DNA from: Paraspadella gotoi
Lineage: Eukaryota > Animalia > Chaetognatha
Length of the DNA stretch: 64,000 nt
Assembly: GCA_051294375.1 (NCBI GenBank)
Contig: CM119266.1
Coordinates: 15,661,429-15,725,428 of the forward strand
Reading direction: 5' to 3'
The notes under the pieces were generated by a model that made no database searches, was not told the origin of the DNA, and saw only the letters and a list, made by a program, of their open reading frames with translations. Shown in pieces: positions 1 to 17,687 of this stretch. Each line of letters begins with the position of its first letter. Positions within the stretch are counted from its first letter, which is position 1. The translations under genes and the position numbers were made by a program.

Positions 1-177
1 CGAATATCGGAGAAAATTAGTGATTTATGCGAGAAGAAAATTTGAATAACGTCACCTGCGTGTTTTCCCGCGACGACATCGTTTCCACCCTCCCAAAAAA
101 GAACCTTTCACCTGTTCCGCCCCCACTACGGCTCCTCCCTCAGAGAAGCCGATACTGACGACGTTAACATAAAATCG

Positions 178-5114
<4,937 letters not shown>

Positions 5115-6939
5115 CGGCGCTCCTTGGCGGCGTCACCGAACTGTGGGCGCGGCCATCTTTGCCTCGTCGATTCCATTTGTCTCCTATCGTCGAGCTTTGT
5201 CCTTGCAGTGCCAATAAGTTTGTTTTCAAGTTTTCTCTATCGCTGTTATTATTGTTTTGTCTTTGTTTTTCTTCCAGGCGCAAGAAGCCTCATTACCTCT
5301 TTGCATTAACGTTATTAACATTCAACGAATGTTACGAATTTCGGTTTATATATGAATAATTGTTTATTAATCATAATCTATATAAACAATTAATGTCTTT
5401 TTGTGTTTGAGAAGGTTTTTAAAAAAATATCATGTTTCAAATTTCTTGTATAAATACAAGTCTACCTCTTCTTTACCATTTGCCTTTTTTCTATTTTTTA
5501 ATTACATTAGCCACGATCAGAGAAAATCTAATCCTCCTCTTCAACTTCATTTTGTAAGATTTTGTTCTCTTTGAACCCGACACCAGGTGATTGCTAATTT
5601 ATAAAAGGAAAAGAGGTAGACAAAGTAAACTTAGGAGAGAGAGATATAGAGAGAGAGATTATAGATACACACAGACAATTGCAACGCCCCGAACGGCGTC
5701 TCAAAAAAGTCGAAGAAAATCGTTCATTTTCAATTAACCGATCGATCTTTTTGAGTTTCGAGGAAAAAAAAAAGACTAAAGAGGAAAATTTTTTTCTGTT
5801 TCGGGATTTAGATTTTTGGCGACGACTTTCGAACGAGGATCAGGATTAAGAGTCGTTTAAATAAGCGCTTATATGTCCTTAGGGGGAGATAGAGAGTGAG
5901 AGAGAGAGAAGAATGTTTTCGCAAAGGGGGGAAAGAGACCGAGAGGTTTTTGAGAAAGAATGAACTCCAAAAAATGGGGAGCGAACGAGGAAAAGAGTCG
6001 ATTCTCGTGGAATGAAGAAAGAAAATGAGAGGACGACGAGAAAAAAAACATCGCGACTAAAAGTGGCTCATTAACCGCAACTGCACAAAAAGATGCGAAG
6101 GGGGAAGAAAAGGAACGAAATGGAGTTTGTCTGAAAATTTACTCGAGCCGCCCGGTTGTGTTTCTCTCTCCAAATCCTAATTGAATCGGTCGGGAGAAAA
6201 AACCTGGACTCAAAATCTGGAGACGAGACAAATTTGGGTACAAAGACTCGGGGGATTCATTTTGGTCAGAGATTTTCGGTTTCGGCGGCAAAAAAAAAAG
6301 GAACTTTTCCAAAAGAAGGGGAGAAAAAAATTTTCTTCAAATGTCACGCGATGGAATTAAGATTGTTCCCTTTTTTTTCTCCTCTCTCTCTCTGCCTTTT
6401 AATATGTATGTTTTTTTTTCTCCCGGGTGACGGACTATCGACCTTTTCGAGATTGAAGTAAAAAATAGGCCGTCTAGTTTTATATAACTTGGTGACGAGA
6501 AGCTTGACAAACATCAAACGAAGCAAATACAGAATTTTTCAAAACAGAAAATCACAAGAGATAAAAAAAATGAAGAGAAAAAAAAATTTACTCGGAAACC
6601 AGAAAAGGGGTGAGGCTTTTTAGCGAAAAGGGGTGAGGCTCTAAGACGGTGAACAAACTGAAGAAAAGTCGGGGACAAACAAAAGATTCGTCCGCTGGAA
6701 AAAAAGGACGAGACAAAAGGACGAGAGAAGCAGAAGACGAGAAGAAAAAAAAAGATATTACGAACATCGATTAAAAAGAAAAAAAAATTCAAAGAATAAA
6801 GATTTCCCACGTAGTTCGAGTAGTCGGTTCAAAGTTAAATCTATAAATAGAAGACTATCATCTTTTTATAAAAGACGGGATGGAAATGAAAGAAAGGAAC
6901 GAAAAAAAAAGATAGACAAAGACATAAATACGAAAAAAT

Positions 6940-7195
6940 ATAAGAAAAGAAGAAAGAAGAAAGAAAAAAGAAAAAAGAAAAAAGAAAAAAGAAAAAAGAA
7001 AAAAGAAAAAAGAAAAAAGAAAAAAGAAAAAAGAAAAAAATGGAAAAAAATGAAAAAAGAAAAAAATGGAAAAAAATGAAAAAAGAAAAAATGGAAAAAG
7101 AAAAAAATGGAAAAAATGAAAAAAGAAAAAAATGGAAAAAATGGAAAAGTGAAAAAAAGAAATAAAGAAAGAAAGTAAGAAAGAAAGAAAGAAAA
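6940..7195. repeat. Purine-rich (GAAAAAA)n-type simple repeat
   Basis: Tandem gaaaaaa / aaaatgg units. Confidence 0.9.
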
Positions 7196-7427
7196 GCGCC
7201 GAAGAAAAACGGCACGCGATGTTCCAATAACCAAGTTAGTGAGATTCAAACTTCAACGGAAAATCAGCTGATACAATGTCCGATACAAATATATATTACA
7301 GAATGAAATTAACATAAATGTTATTATAATCCTTAAAGAAAAAGAAAAACAAAGAAGAAATTCCCGATGATCGAGGGCCGAAAGTTTTTTTCTTGCCCGG
7401 TCGTAGTCATCATCGTAGTCATCCTCT

Positions 7428-7465
<38 letters not shown>

Positions 7466-9331
7466 TCATCGTTATCTCCTTGGGTCGCGAGAAAGGAATC
7501 CCTTTTTTTCTCACTCACCTTCACTCGTCATTCATCCAGCGTCACTCACCTCATCTTCGAATTCGTCGATGACCTTCGCTTGAAGAAACTCAACGCCCTC
7601 CTTACCCCAATTTGTCCTTAACTTTTTCTACACTCGCGGTTTTTGTTAATCAACTCCGTAAAAGAGCTAAAATTTTTATTCATCTCGTGCTACCGTTTTT
7701 TTCTTCTTCGAATAATATCAAAAAAAGTTTTCATCATCCATATTTTTCACTTTTGTTCGAAAGATGATTTTTTACCCCTGATCCTCAGAACACAATCAGG
7801 TGTGAGATACCTTTTTCGCCAAGTTCTTTTTAACCCCACATTTGCCCTTGGCTCTGTTTGGGTTTCATAAGCCCAAAAAGAAAACTATACCTACCACAAC
7901 ATAAAAAAGTCTCCGTTCTGACTGAATTTAACGCACTTAAAATTTTTTTCATTGAATCATTGAACTGTCAAAATCAAATTGACCTTCATTTTCACTTGTA
8001 CCATCTTTCTTTAACTATTTTTTTAATCAATTATTATTTTTTTACTCTTTCTTTCTTTTTTTTTTAAATGTTTTAATTTCTCCTCCTATTGACCTAAAAA
8101 TATTATTTAGAAATGTTTAACATTCATGTAAAACATTTTGGCGAAGTGTCTCAGCCAAGATTCAATAAAACACGTTCCCAATTTTCTCAAACTCCATATG
8201 CCATTCGCTTCTATTTCAAATTGCCGCTAGTGTTTTCGAGATTTCAATGTCATCCGGGTAATCGCCACCACCGCCGCCTCGACCACCGGTCCCCCACCCC
8301 TAAATCGCCTCAACAAGTCGTTCCCCCCTTCCATTCTCGGCTTCCGCTCCCCCGCTAGAGTCGAGTCTCGAAACCCCGCCCCGAACTCAGTCGTCCGCGT
8401 CGGTCACGACAGGAAACCGAGGGTTCCCTTTCGACGACGACGACGACGACGACGGCGCACGACAGGGCACTCTTACTCTCTTGGCCGTGGTCGTCGTCGT
8501 CGTCGTGGTCCTGGACCTCTGGGTTGCACCTGCTCTACTATTTTGTTGTTTTCGAATCTATCATTAAACCGTCGTCTTTACCGAGGTCACGATCCCATTG
8601 GACAGTTGTTACACTTGCTGCCACCAATTGAACTCACCCACTCTTTTTTACCGGAAAACCACCTTACCCTCTCGGATTCCATCATTGGTTCCGCTTGGGC
8701 TCTTCCTCAGCTGCCCTTACCTTCGCTTCCTCGTCGGGCGGACGGAACATCATTAAGTCTGCAGAAGTCTGGTTTCGTTCTTGGACAGATTTTCGGATTT
8801 TTTTTTAAATACGAATTTTATAACTAAAAACAATTCAAAATACATACAACGAGAGTAAGTCCTGTCTTAACAATATGAACTACTTTAAAATCATTCATTG
8901 ACATCGACATTGACAAGCATCAATTTTGTTCTTCATTTTTTGCTACATTTGAAATCGGTAACAATTTCTAATATTAAAGATTATATTCGTATTTATCGTA
9001 CGTAGCTTTTGCGCAAACATTTTAAATTTTAAAATTACAACTTCGGGCGTCGTCAGTATGATTTATTTTATCTCCACGACTTGCATTTAAAAAAATTAGA
9101 ACTATGTGGTTAAATTTTTTCTAATTTTACATTGTATTACGATATTTTCCGCCTGAATGATTTCATATTGAAGCGATTATGTTTTACGAATGTGGGAAGA
9201 TTCTATCGTTTTCTCGAGTTGTCATTTAAGTAGTTGTTTGTCGGGTGAATCTTACTATTGAGACTTGTCATACGATGAGAAAATACTTTTTGAGATCTGG
9301 CATTAAACGAGTTTTAAATTCGAAAGAGAAA

Positions 9332-9453
<122 letters not shown>

Positions 9454-9898
9454 ACCTTTTGTATCTCGTTTCCATCCAAAAGAAAAAAGCAAAAAGACTT
9501 TCTTTGCGCAAATTAGTCCAACTTAGGATCGTTTTTTTTTCCGCCGGCTCCGGTTAAACTTAAAGAATCCAAAATTATTTTAAGCGTAACGGAACCAAGG
9601 GAAAAAAACAAGTATTCTCTTGATGTAAGGTTAAAATTATTTTATGATCAATTTTAGAATATTACTTCCTGGGAAAACAAGAAACGAAACAAAGTAGTAA
9701 AAAAGAAAAAAAAGTCACGCTTGACGAGTTAACTCACTCTCCGTTACTTTACGTTTTCCACTCCCAGTTTGTGGCTCAAAATTAAAACTAAAAAAAAACA
9801 CCGAAATCTCGAATGAGTCTTTTTGGCAAAAATCGAACGTCATTGTTCGTTATCTTATATCATTGACTTCCTCTAATAATCGCTTATAAACCGTCGCC

Positions 9899-11133
9899 AT
9901 GGAAACCTCGCGACGCACCCCGCCACGCCCCCCGTCCTTTGAAAACCGCGCCTACTTCGACCTCCCCATGCCAGAACCCCCGCCATCCGTGAAAACTTCT
10001 TCGCCTCGTCCCCGACCGACCGGGAATTCGCCGCCCCCTGAAATCGGCGACGGCGTCTCGGCCGGAAGGACCTACCGGCGTTCGACGACTCCCCCTCCTC
10101 CTCCTCCGCCGCCGGAAAGACGCTGCGCTGTGGGCGCCGCCGACGACGAGGAAATCGACGAGATGGGAGGCAAGAAGGACGCTTCCTCCTCCTCTTCCTC
10201 CTTTTCCGACGCGAACAAAAACCGGTTAAACTTTCCCGGGAAATTCCCGACTTCTCAGATCGAAGGAATTCCCGTCGCCGTCGACGACGAGAGCCGAGAC
10301 TCGAACGCGGAACCTCGTCGAGTCGAAGGAAGAGACAATCCCGCCTTCGCCACCGAGGCGCAACAAAAGCAAAGACGTCAGCAGCAGCAAAGACGACAAC
10401 AACAGCATCAGCAGCAGCGACCAACGCGAACGTATCAACGTCCGGCGTCGGAAATGCCGTCGAACGGCGCCGCAGTGGATTTTGGACCGGCGTCGTCGCC
10501 GAGGCGTGGGGAGAAGAATGGCGCCGGCGGTTATAACCTTTACGGTGAGGAAAAGGGGAAGAGTTGGGTCAGACCGATCAATAGAGATTTTTATATACCT
10601 TTACTTTAGGGCCATTTATTTTAGGCTTCCATTTTTTTGGCTTTTTTTTACTTTGATCTTTAAATATTGGATACAACTTACAAAAACGCTATTACGTTAT
10701 GTAACGAATGAAATAACGCAGTGAATAACTGAATAAGTACCACAATAACTTAAAAAAACCAAGAAACCAGAATATGTAAATTTAAAAATGAGACTATCAA
10801 AAAGTTTGCATAAGTGAAGGTAGTAGTTTTATATGTTGATACTTAATATTGGCTTGATTCTTTTTATAAACAAATTTAATTTAATTAGATTGACGTTGAG
10901 CCAAATTATTCTTTTTAGTAGACTCCACCAGCATGGACTCCCTATTTTAAAGTGTTTATAAAAGCTTAAATTATTGCAATTTTTACGAGGCAGAACTCAA
11001 ACGGAGAAACAGAGCAACATTGGAAAATGTCTAAGTCTTAATTCTTAACACACAAAAGCCTTAATACACAAAAGAGTACAATAGATCGTTGGGAAGAAAA
11101 CGTTAAAATTAAGAGAGGAAGAAAGATAGGGAG

Positions 11134-11196
<63 letters not shown>

Positions 11197-12686
11197 CGGT
11201 GTTTGAATTGACACAACATGTGGATTACAGTAGTCATATAAAGGCGGAAGTAATCGATTTTGAAGCTTAAGCTGTTGACTTTCGTTCTTCGTTCGACATA
11301 TAGAAAGTTTTTCACGTAAAGACAGTAAATAAAATGTCGTCAACTCCCTTAGGTAACAAGGCCTACCCCAAAAAGCCGAACGACGACGACGACGACGACG
11401 ACAAAGGATGTTACGTCCGCCATCGACGTTTTCTCGTCCTCGCTGTCTTCATCGGTTTCATCGTCGCTCTCGTCCTCATCATCGTCTGCTCCGTTTTCTT
11501 GACGAAGGTCTCCAAGGGAAGCGGGGATGGAACGAGGTGAGGTCGGGCTTTGGCCGCCTTTTTTTGACTGTAAACAAAGGAAGAAGGTGGGAACTTAGTT
11601 TTGATGTGTTCCATTTCTAATTGCATTTGCCGTCGCGAATGCTCGAGTAAATTGTAAAATCATGTACAACATGTAAATCGCGTAAATCTCATCATTGCCG
11701 CTCTGTTTCATAACATCAGCCCCGTGGACAACAAAACAAAACCAATACCCACGTTCAGGTGAATGGAAAACAATCTCATATGATCATATACTTTTAAAAA
11801 GACTAACCAAATACAGACGTAGCAGGATTACTATCTTAAAAGTACGCATCGAGTTTTTCTATTTGAATTTAAAACGTAAATGTTTCTTTTTTTATCCATG
11901 ACTAATAGGAAAATGATATTAATGAGTCAGCTTAAAGAAGAACTCTTTGCTTCCCTTGCTGAGTAATCGTTGTTTGTTGCGGACCGGTTTTTCTATCCGA
12001 CTTACCTCCTGACCTTTAATCAAAGACCCTAACCAAGATTCTAAAACCGGGTTGAAGACTTTCTTTGACTCAGTTTTATTAAAACTCGTACGTTGACCTC
12101 ACTAATCCTCACCTAGATAGATAATCTTCTAATTTTTCTAACGTGACCCAAAAACCCGAATACCCACCGCACAATTCCGAACCTGCATCTCATCGAAAAG
12201 GCCCATCCTCTCTCCGCAACCACTTCCCACTTTTTTTTCCGAATGATTGTATCTTTTCTATTTCACACTTTGTTTGATCGTAAATATGATGAACGTTTTC
12301 AAATTATGTAGACGCATAATTTTTTTTTTTTTAGCACCATTTTTTTTTTGGAGGGAAAAGGATATGAAAAAAAAAGACGAATGTGACACTTAGGGGATTG
12401 AATCTGAAAAACCGTCTGACAAAAAAGAAAAAAACAGAAGGAAAAAGAGACATAAACTGTAAAAGGAAATAAAGATTGAAAATGATAAAGAAAACATTAA
12501 GAAATGGGGAGAGATACCGATGACAGGAGACGGAAAAGAAGAAAGAAGAAAAAAACTGTGCGACAGAAACAAAAAAAAAGAAAAAAGAAAAAAAAAACCT
12601 GGTAAAAAGAAATGAACGGAAAAAGAATGAATGAAAGAAAGAAAGAAAGAAAGAAAGAAAGCAAGAAAGCAAGAAAGAAAGAAGGA

Positions 12687-12746
<60 letters not shown>

Positions 12747-13073
12747 AAAGCAAGCAAGCAAGCAAAAGAGCCAGAGCCCGAAACCCTAAAAAGAAAAAGG
12801 CTGAGCCCAAATATGTATTCCTCCTCCTTTCGAAATCTCGACACAATGACAAACGAAAAGAAAAAAAAGAAGAAAGATGAAAATAGAGAAACCGTCAGGA
12901 CTTAAGTCAGTTCTTTCATAGAGAAATCACCGCCATCACCGATTTGTGAGGAAAAAGGAAAGAATCGGTCGACGCCAAAAAAGGAGACGGAGATAATCTC
13001 ATCCATAAAATAAGAGAACGAATCGCTAATAAGGAAATGTCCTTTTCTCGACCTTGTTCCCGCTTCCAATCTT

Positions 13074-13104
<31 letters not shown>

Positions 13105-15530
13105 CTCTCTTCTTCTCCTCTTCTCTCTCTCTCTCTCTCTCTCCCAAACCTCGTCCCTCCGCAATCCCCCCATTTAGACCACTTCCGGTCCCGACCCGCG
13201 GGATCCCCGCCATTTGTCGAACATGGCGACCTATGGAGACCCTCTTCCCTCTGACGATTCCTGCTCTGAGGCGTCGGACCCGCTGAATCTGCCCCCCGCG
13301 CCGCTGGAGAGATGGTTCAACAAGGAGATGTTCGACGATTTGTTCCCCAAGGTAGAACGAGTCGTGAGGGGAATCTCGAATCTGTTTTTTTTTTTTTTTT
13401 TGCGCAGGGTATCGGCGTGTCTTTCTCTCCATCTCTTTAAGGCTTAAAATATCTGACGTCTTTCTGTTTTTATGTATTTCTAATACAAAGAATTTGATAT
13501 GAATTTGTAAACAACGATTTTTTGGGGGTATTTCTAATTAAGTGCTTGATGAGAAACCTCCGTCTATTTCTTTGTCAGTCTGTATGTTTCTCGTTTTCTC
13601 TTGATCTGTCTGTCTCTTTATAAGTGTTTTTTTTCTTTCTCATTGTGACCGTTTTTTTCAATTTTCAATTTTTAAATTCTTACGATCTTAGAGGAGTGAT
13701 TTTCTCAGTGAGATCAAGACATCTCGAAAGAGAGAAAATGTTTTAATTCTTTTCTTGATTCATATTTTTTTTTTATTAAAAAAAAAAGGGTTTCAATTTA
13801 AAAATGAAAAAAAAAAAACTTTCTTGCCCTCCTTAAGGCCAACCTCGGTTGGGGACCCAAGAAGTGCGCCCCCTACAACTACCAAGCCTTCGTCATCGCC
13901 GCTCGTTATTTTCCGGAGTTCGGCGACGAGTTCGTCACCCACGACGCCGTCGGCCGGAAGTTGCCCAATTTGAACAACGACAACGACAAGTGGAAGGTTA
14001 ACCGACGCGAGTTGGCGGCTTTCTTCGCTCACGCCATCCAGGTAAAAAATTAAGTTTTTTTTTTCTTGATTGGCTAATGTCGTAAAATGTATGTACATAA
14101 TTCCTAAACAACTGCGACGCCCATCCTCGCCAATTCTACCTCAACCCTCTCTTCCCGCCTTTTCTTCAACAGGAAACGGGTGAGAACAACTTGGACCTGT
14201 TCGAGACGATCGGGAAGAGCGACCCCGTGACGGCGGAGAACTGCTTCTACCGCGGAGGCTTCTTCAATTGGTTCGAGGGCGGCCCCGTCTCGATGCTCGT
14301 CGACAACCGCGGCGCCAGACCCGAGGATGGGGTGCGATGCAATGCGGCCGGATTGTATTGCAGCACTGGAGACAATAAATTCCTGCATCCGTGCAACAAG
14401 GTCATTCCGAGTTCGACGACGACTAACAAAAAAAACTTTTAACAAGAAACAACCGCAACCTAATTTTTTAATAGCTACCTTAGAAAACTCTTAAGTCTCT
14501 CAACTAACTCCAAGAGTCCTTCCTTTCTCCAGGAAATGGACGGAATATATTACCGCGGGTGCTACTTCGGTCGCGGCGCCATCCAGATCTCTTACAACTT
14601 CAACTACGGCCTCTTTACTCGCTGGCTGCAACGTCGTGGCGTGACCCACAATGGGAAGCCTATCGATCTGCTGCGCGACCCCAACCTGGTCATCACCAAA
14701 CGCGACCCTCCGCTAGCAATCCTCGCTTCCATGTGGTTCTTCATGACGCCGCAGCCGCCGAAGCCTTCGATGCACCACATAATCATCGGGAAATACGTGA
14801 GCAAATTTGTGACTGTGATACGAGTGTACGTTTTTCTCTTTATTTTTTCATATTTCCCTTCCCAGGTCAAATAATTTTGTTACTAAAGTTTGAATTCAAT
14901 GTTAATTCAATTCTCGCAATCGACAGCAGGCCAACAGGCCAACAGGAAATGGTTTATTTAAGACCTCCGTCCTTCTTTTATGATAATATAAGATATTGTT
15001 GTTGTTCGTCCACATATTACGATAATAAGTTTTGTTGTTAACCTTTTGTCCATTCCGCCCAGGTCTCCCCCGACCCCGACTACTCCGGCTCCGTCCTCGG
15101 CCCCACCTCCCTCGTCATCAACAACGAGTGCAACGGTGAGGACGCGGGGTTGGCGGGCGGTTCGGGCGAGTCGCGCCGCATCAAGGCCTTCAAGTGGTTC
15201 TCCGACTACTTCAGCGTCGGCATCGAGGAGGATCCCAAGACTCTCTCGTGCAAAGACTTTTCCGTGCGGGACTTTCGGCTGCCCCAGGCGCTGCTGGGCG
15301 GGCGGGAGCAGCACGTGACCTGGGACATGAATTGGCAGCGACCGGCGTATCTTCGTCCGTGCCAGTGCGCGCAAGCGTCGTACCAAGGAATCATTTACGC
15401 GATGGACGAAAAGATTTATCCCGAGTACAGGGAAGTCAACCAGGAGAACCGCCGGTGGTGCGAGGGGATTTTGGATGCTCTATGGCCCAAGAATCAGTCA
15501 TGCGTGGGCGTGCCCAACGGGCCGATTTGA
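9899..15530 (+). CDS. Glycoside hydrolase family 19 chitinase, probably with N-terminal cytoplasmic tail and type II TM anchor
   Basis: Catalytic exons 13178-13351, 13838-14041, 14173-14400, 14533-14796, 15063-15530 join in phase 0 and give MFDDLFPKANLGWGP, AARYFPEFG, RELAAFFAHAIQ|ETGEN, NWFEGGP, YFGRGAIQISYNFNYG, WFFMTPQPPKPSMH, SLVINNEC, RRIKAFKWF (GH19 motifs). Upstream exons 9899-10544 (Pro-rich) and 11353-11536 (TM FLVLAVFIGFIVALVLIIVCSVFL) join each other in phase. Their link to 13178, possibly via 11720-11758, is off by 1 nt. Confidence 0.85.
12630..12765. repeat. (AAAG)n tetranucleotide microsatellite (also 20188-20280)
   Basis: Directly visible. Confidence 0.95.
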
Positions 15531-16125
15531 ATTGGGGGGGAAAAGAGGAACGGGAGGTGGGAGGGAGATGGTAAGACGTAGGAGTGGCAGTCGTGGCGTT
15601 GAAATCGGTTTTGTTATTCAGTTATCGCAGATTAGTTATATCGCGAATTATATTAGTCTTTCTTTATTTAACATGAGTCTGTTGAATAAAAACGAGATGA
15701 TTAATTATATCTTGATTAAAAATTAACTTTAAATTATCAATGATAGATTTTTATTCGACGGACTTTTTTTTTTTGCCTCATTCTATGACGTTTCTTTGTT
15801 ACGCCGTTTTCATATTATTTTTTTGCGAAAGGCTTGTGAAATGCTTCTGCCGACAATTATTTGACCAACGGATTAGGCTCTAATCCTGAGTATTGCTCAA
15901 AATACAAGCTGTAAATCAATTTTCTTTAATTATTTTAAAATATAATAACATATAGCAAAGTAAACTATTATCAGAACGACCGTGGTTGTCCCGGTCGTTA
16001 AATAAGGCAGTTATGGCAATGGGGGACATGTATGAAGCCCTAGGTGTGAGGCATCTCCCGACAGCTGGCGCTGGCTTTGGACCTGCATGTCACTGGCACG
16101 TTTATGCCGACACCTTCACACTTTA

Positions 16126-16241
16126 ACCAGCGTGACTAAGAGGGAATTGAACCCGGAACTCACGGTATTTAGCTGTCCAAGCCAATGGGCCGAGCTGAGT
16201 TTCACCAAGATATACGGGAAGCGAATTTATGATTCGCCACA
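16126..16241 (-). mobile_element. tRNA-related interspersed repeat (SINE-like), copy 1
   Basis: Similar to 37001-37129. Minus strand has A-box-like TGGCTTGGACAG and B-box-like GGTTCAATTCC; this copy has an internal deletion relative to copy 2. Confidence 0.6.
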
Positions 16242-17656
16242 CTGTTCCTCTATGGGAGGGAGCCGAGGGGTGAACCCCCCATGCCCGGCGGAACGCCAAT
16301 TTCCGGTGCCGGTCTTCTTCCATCGGAGACCGGAAGTCGCCGGGGTAGATTTGACCTTATAAATGAACGACGAGAGAAACACCACGAAAAGACCTTTCAC
16401 TTTGAATGGACTTGTTTTAGTGCTGTTGGTCGAGGGTCGAATAAAAAGTGTTGAATATCTAAAATCACTCCAACCAACTGAATATATAACTGTTACAGAG
16501 AAAGATAGATAGCATTGGTAACGTTAATAACGTAGACTTAACTCCTCCGTCTTAGTCATAACAGAACGGTGTTTTTTTTTTCGTGTAAGCTAACGTCGTG
16601 ATCTCCTCATTCTCCATTGCATACAATTCTTATTGACATTCTACACAATGTTGACTCATTTTGGAGAAATTCCATTATTGTCTCGGGCTTCTTCCGTCGG
16701 ATATATCGACACGCAATTTTCGATTCGCGCGATTCCTCGTTGTCGTTGTTGTCTTTTTCTCGGATCCAATCTTTTCGTGTTTTCTCATTGCATTTCTGAG
16801 CGATTGCCTTCGGGATGAGTACGGCGGTTGGATCCACCTCATGACAGATACGTACGCTATAAAACATGGTTTGTTTACGTTAGTGACCTTTATACTAATT
16901 AATACCATATTTTCGTTCACCAATGTTAGTTAGCGTGACTACTAAGAAACCTGCAATTCTTATTAACAGACATAGAACGAAGTATGCTGAGTCAGGGAAG
17001 CAGTAAAATGGAAGATTCGATTCTTCGCGAATAGATTGCATGATTTGCGGTCGCATCGGCAGAAAGGCCTTCGCGCAGATTTATAAAAAAAAAATCCGAC
17101 GGAGGAAGAGATTTGACAGAATCGCGAACATCCTTGAATTTTGAGCAGACGGCGACGAAGATTGCTTGCAAAAGTCAAGTTTCTTTTTTGATTTTAGTTA
17201 TTACAAAGAACCATTTAAAAAGTTGATAAACTGCTATATTACTGCTTTTACCGCTTTTCTTCTGTTGCCTTATGGTGTAATTCGTGCGAGGCATAAAAAA
17301 AATGAAAGAAAAAAAACTATGGGAAAAGCGACGCAATAAAAGAAAAAGAAAAGAAATACGATGGCAGCAAAGACATGAAGATACTTAGCAATGTCCGTCT
17401 CCAAGAGAGAAAAAAAAAAGCAGGGATCAACCAACGTCCAAATTGTCTTTGCCTTCTCTCCACATGAATATCGCATCGAAATGAAGACCGAATGTGTACT
17501 TTACGCTTCATACTACGCCAACTTAATCGTTATATCAACATTATCGAATATCGGAATATGTAATAAATGAGAAATTCCACTTAAACCGTTTTTTCGCTTC
17601 CAACGGAGAAAATTGAATAAACTGCTTGGAGGCGAAGAAAGAAGATCTTGGATCGC

Positions 17657-17687
<31 letters not shown>

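Noticed and set aside
6841-7249. Phe-rich 'membrane protein' ORFs (also 12331-12852, 55264-55590, 59114-59737, 60194-60685)
   Set aside because: Products of purine/pyrimidine-skewed simple repeats; no family motif.
7380-8790. GC-rich islands with minus-strand donor-like sites
   Set aside because: I could not build a phase-consistent frame or recognise a domain; they may be UTR or non-coding exons.
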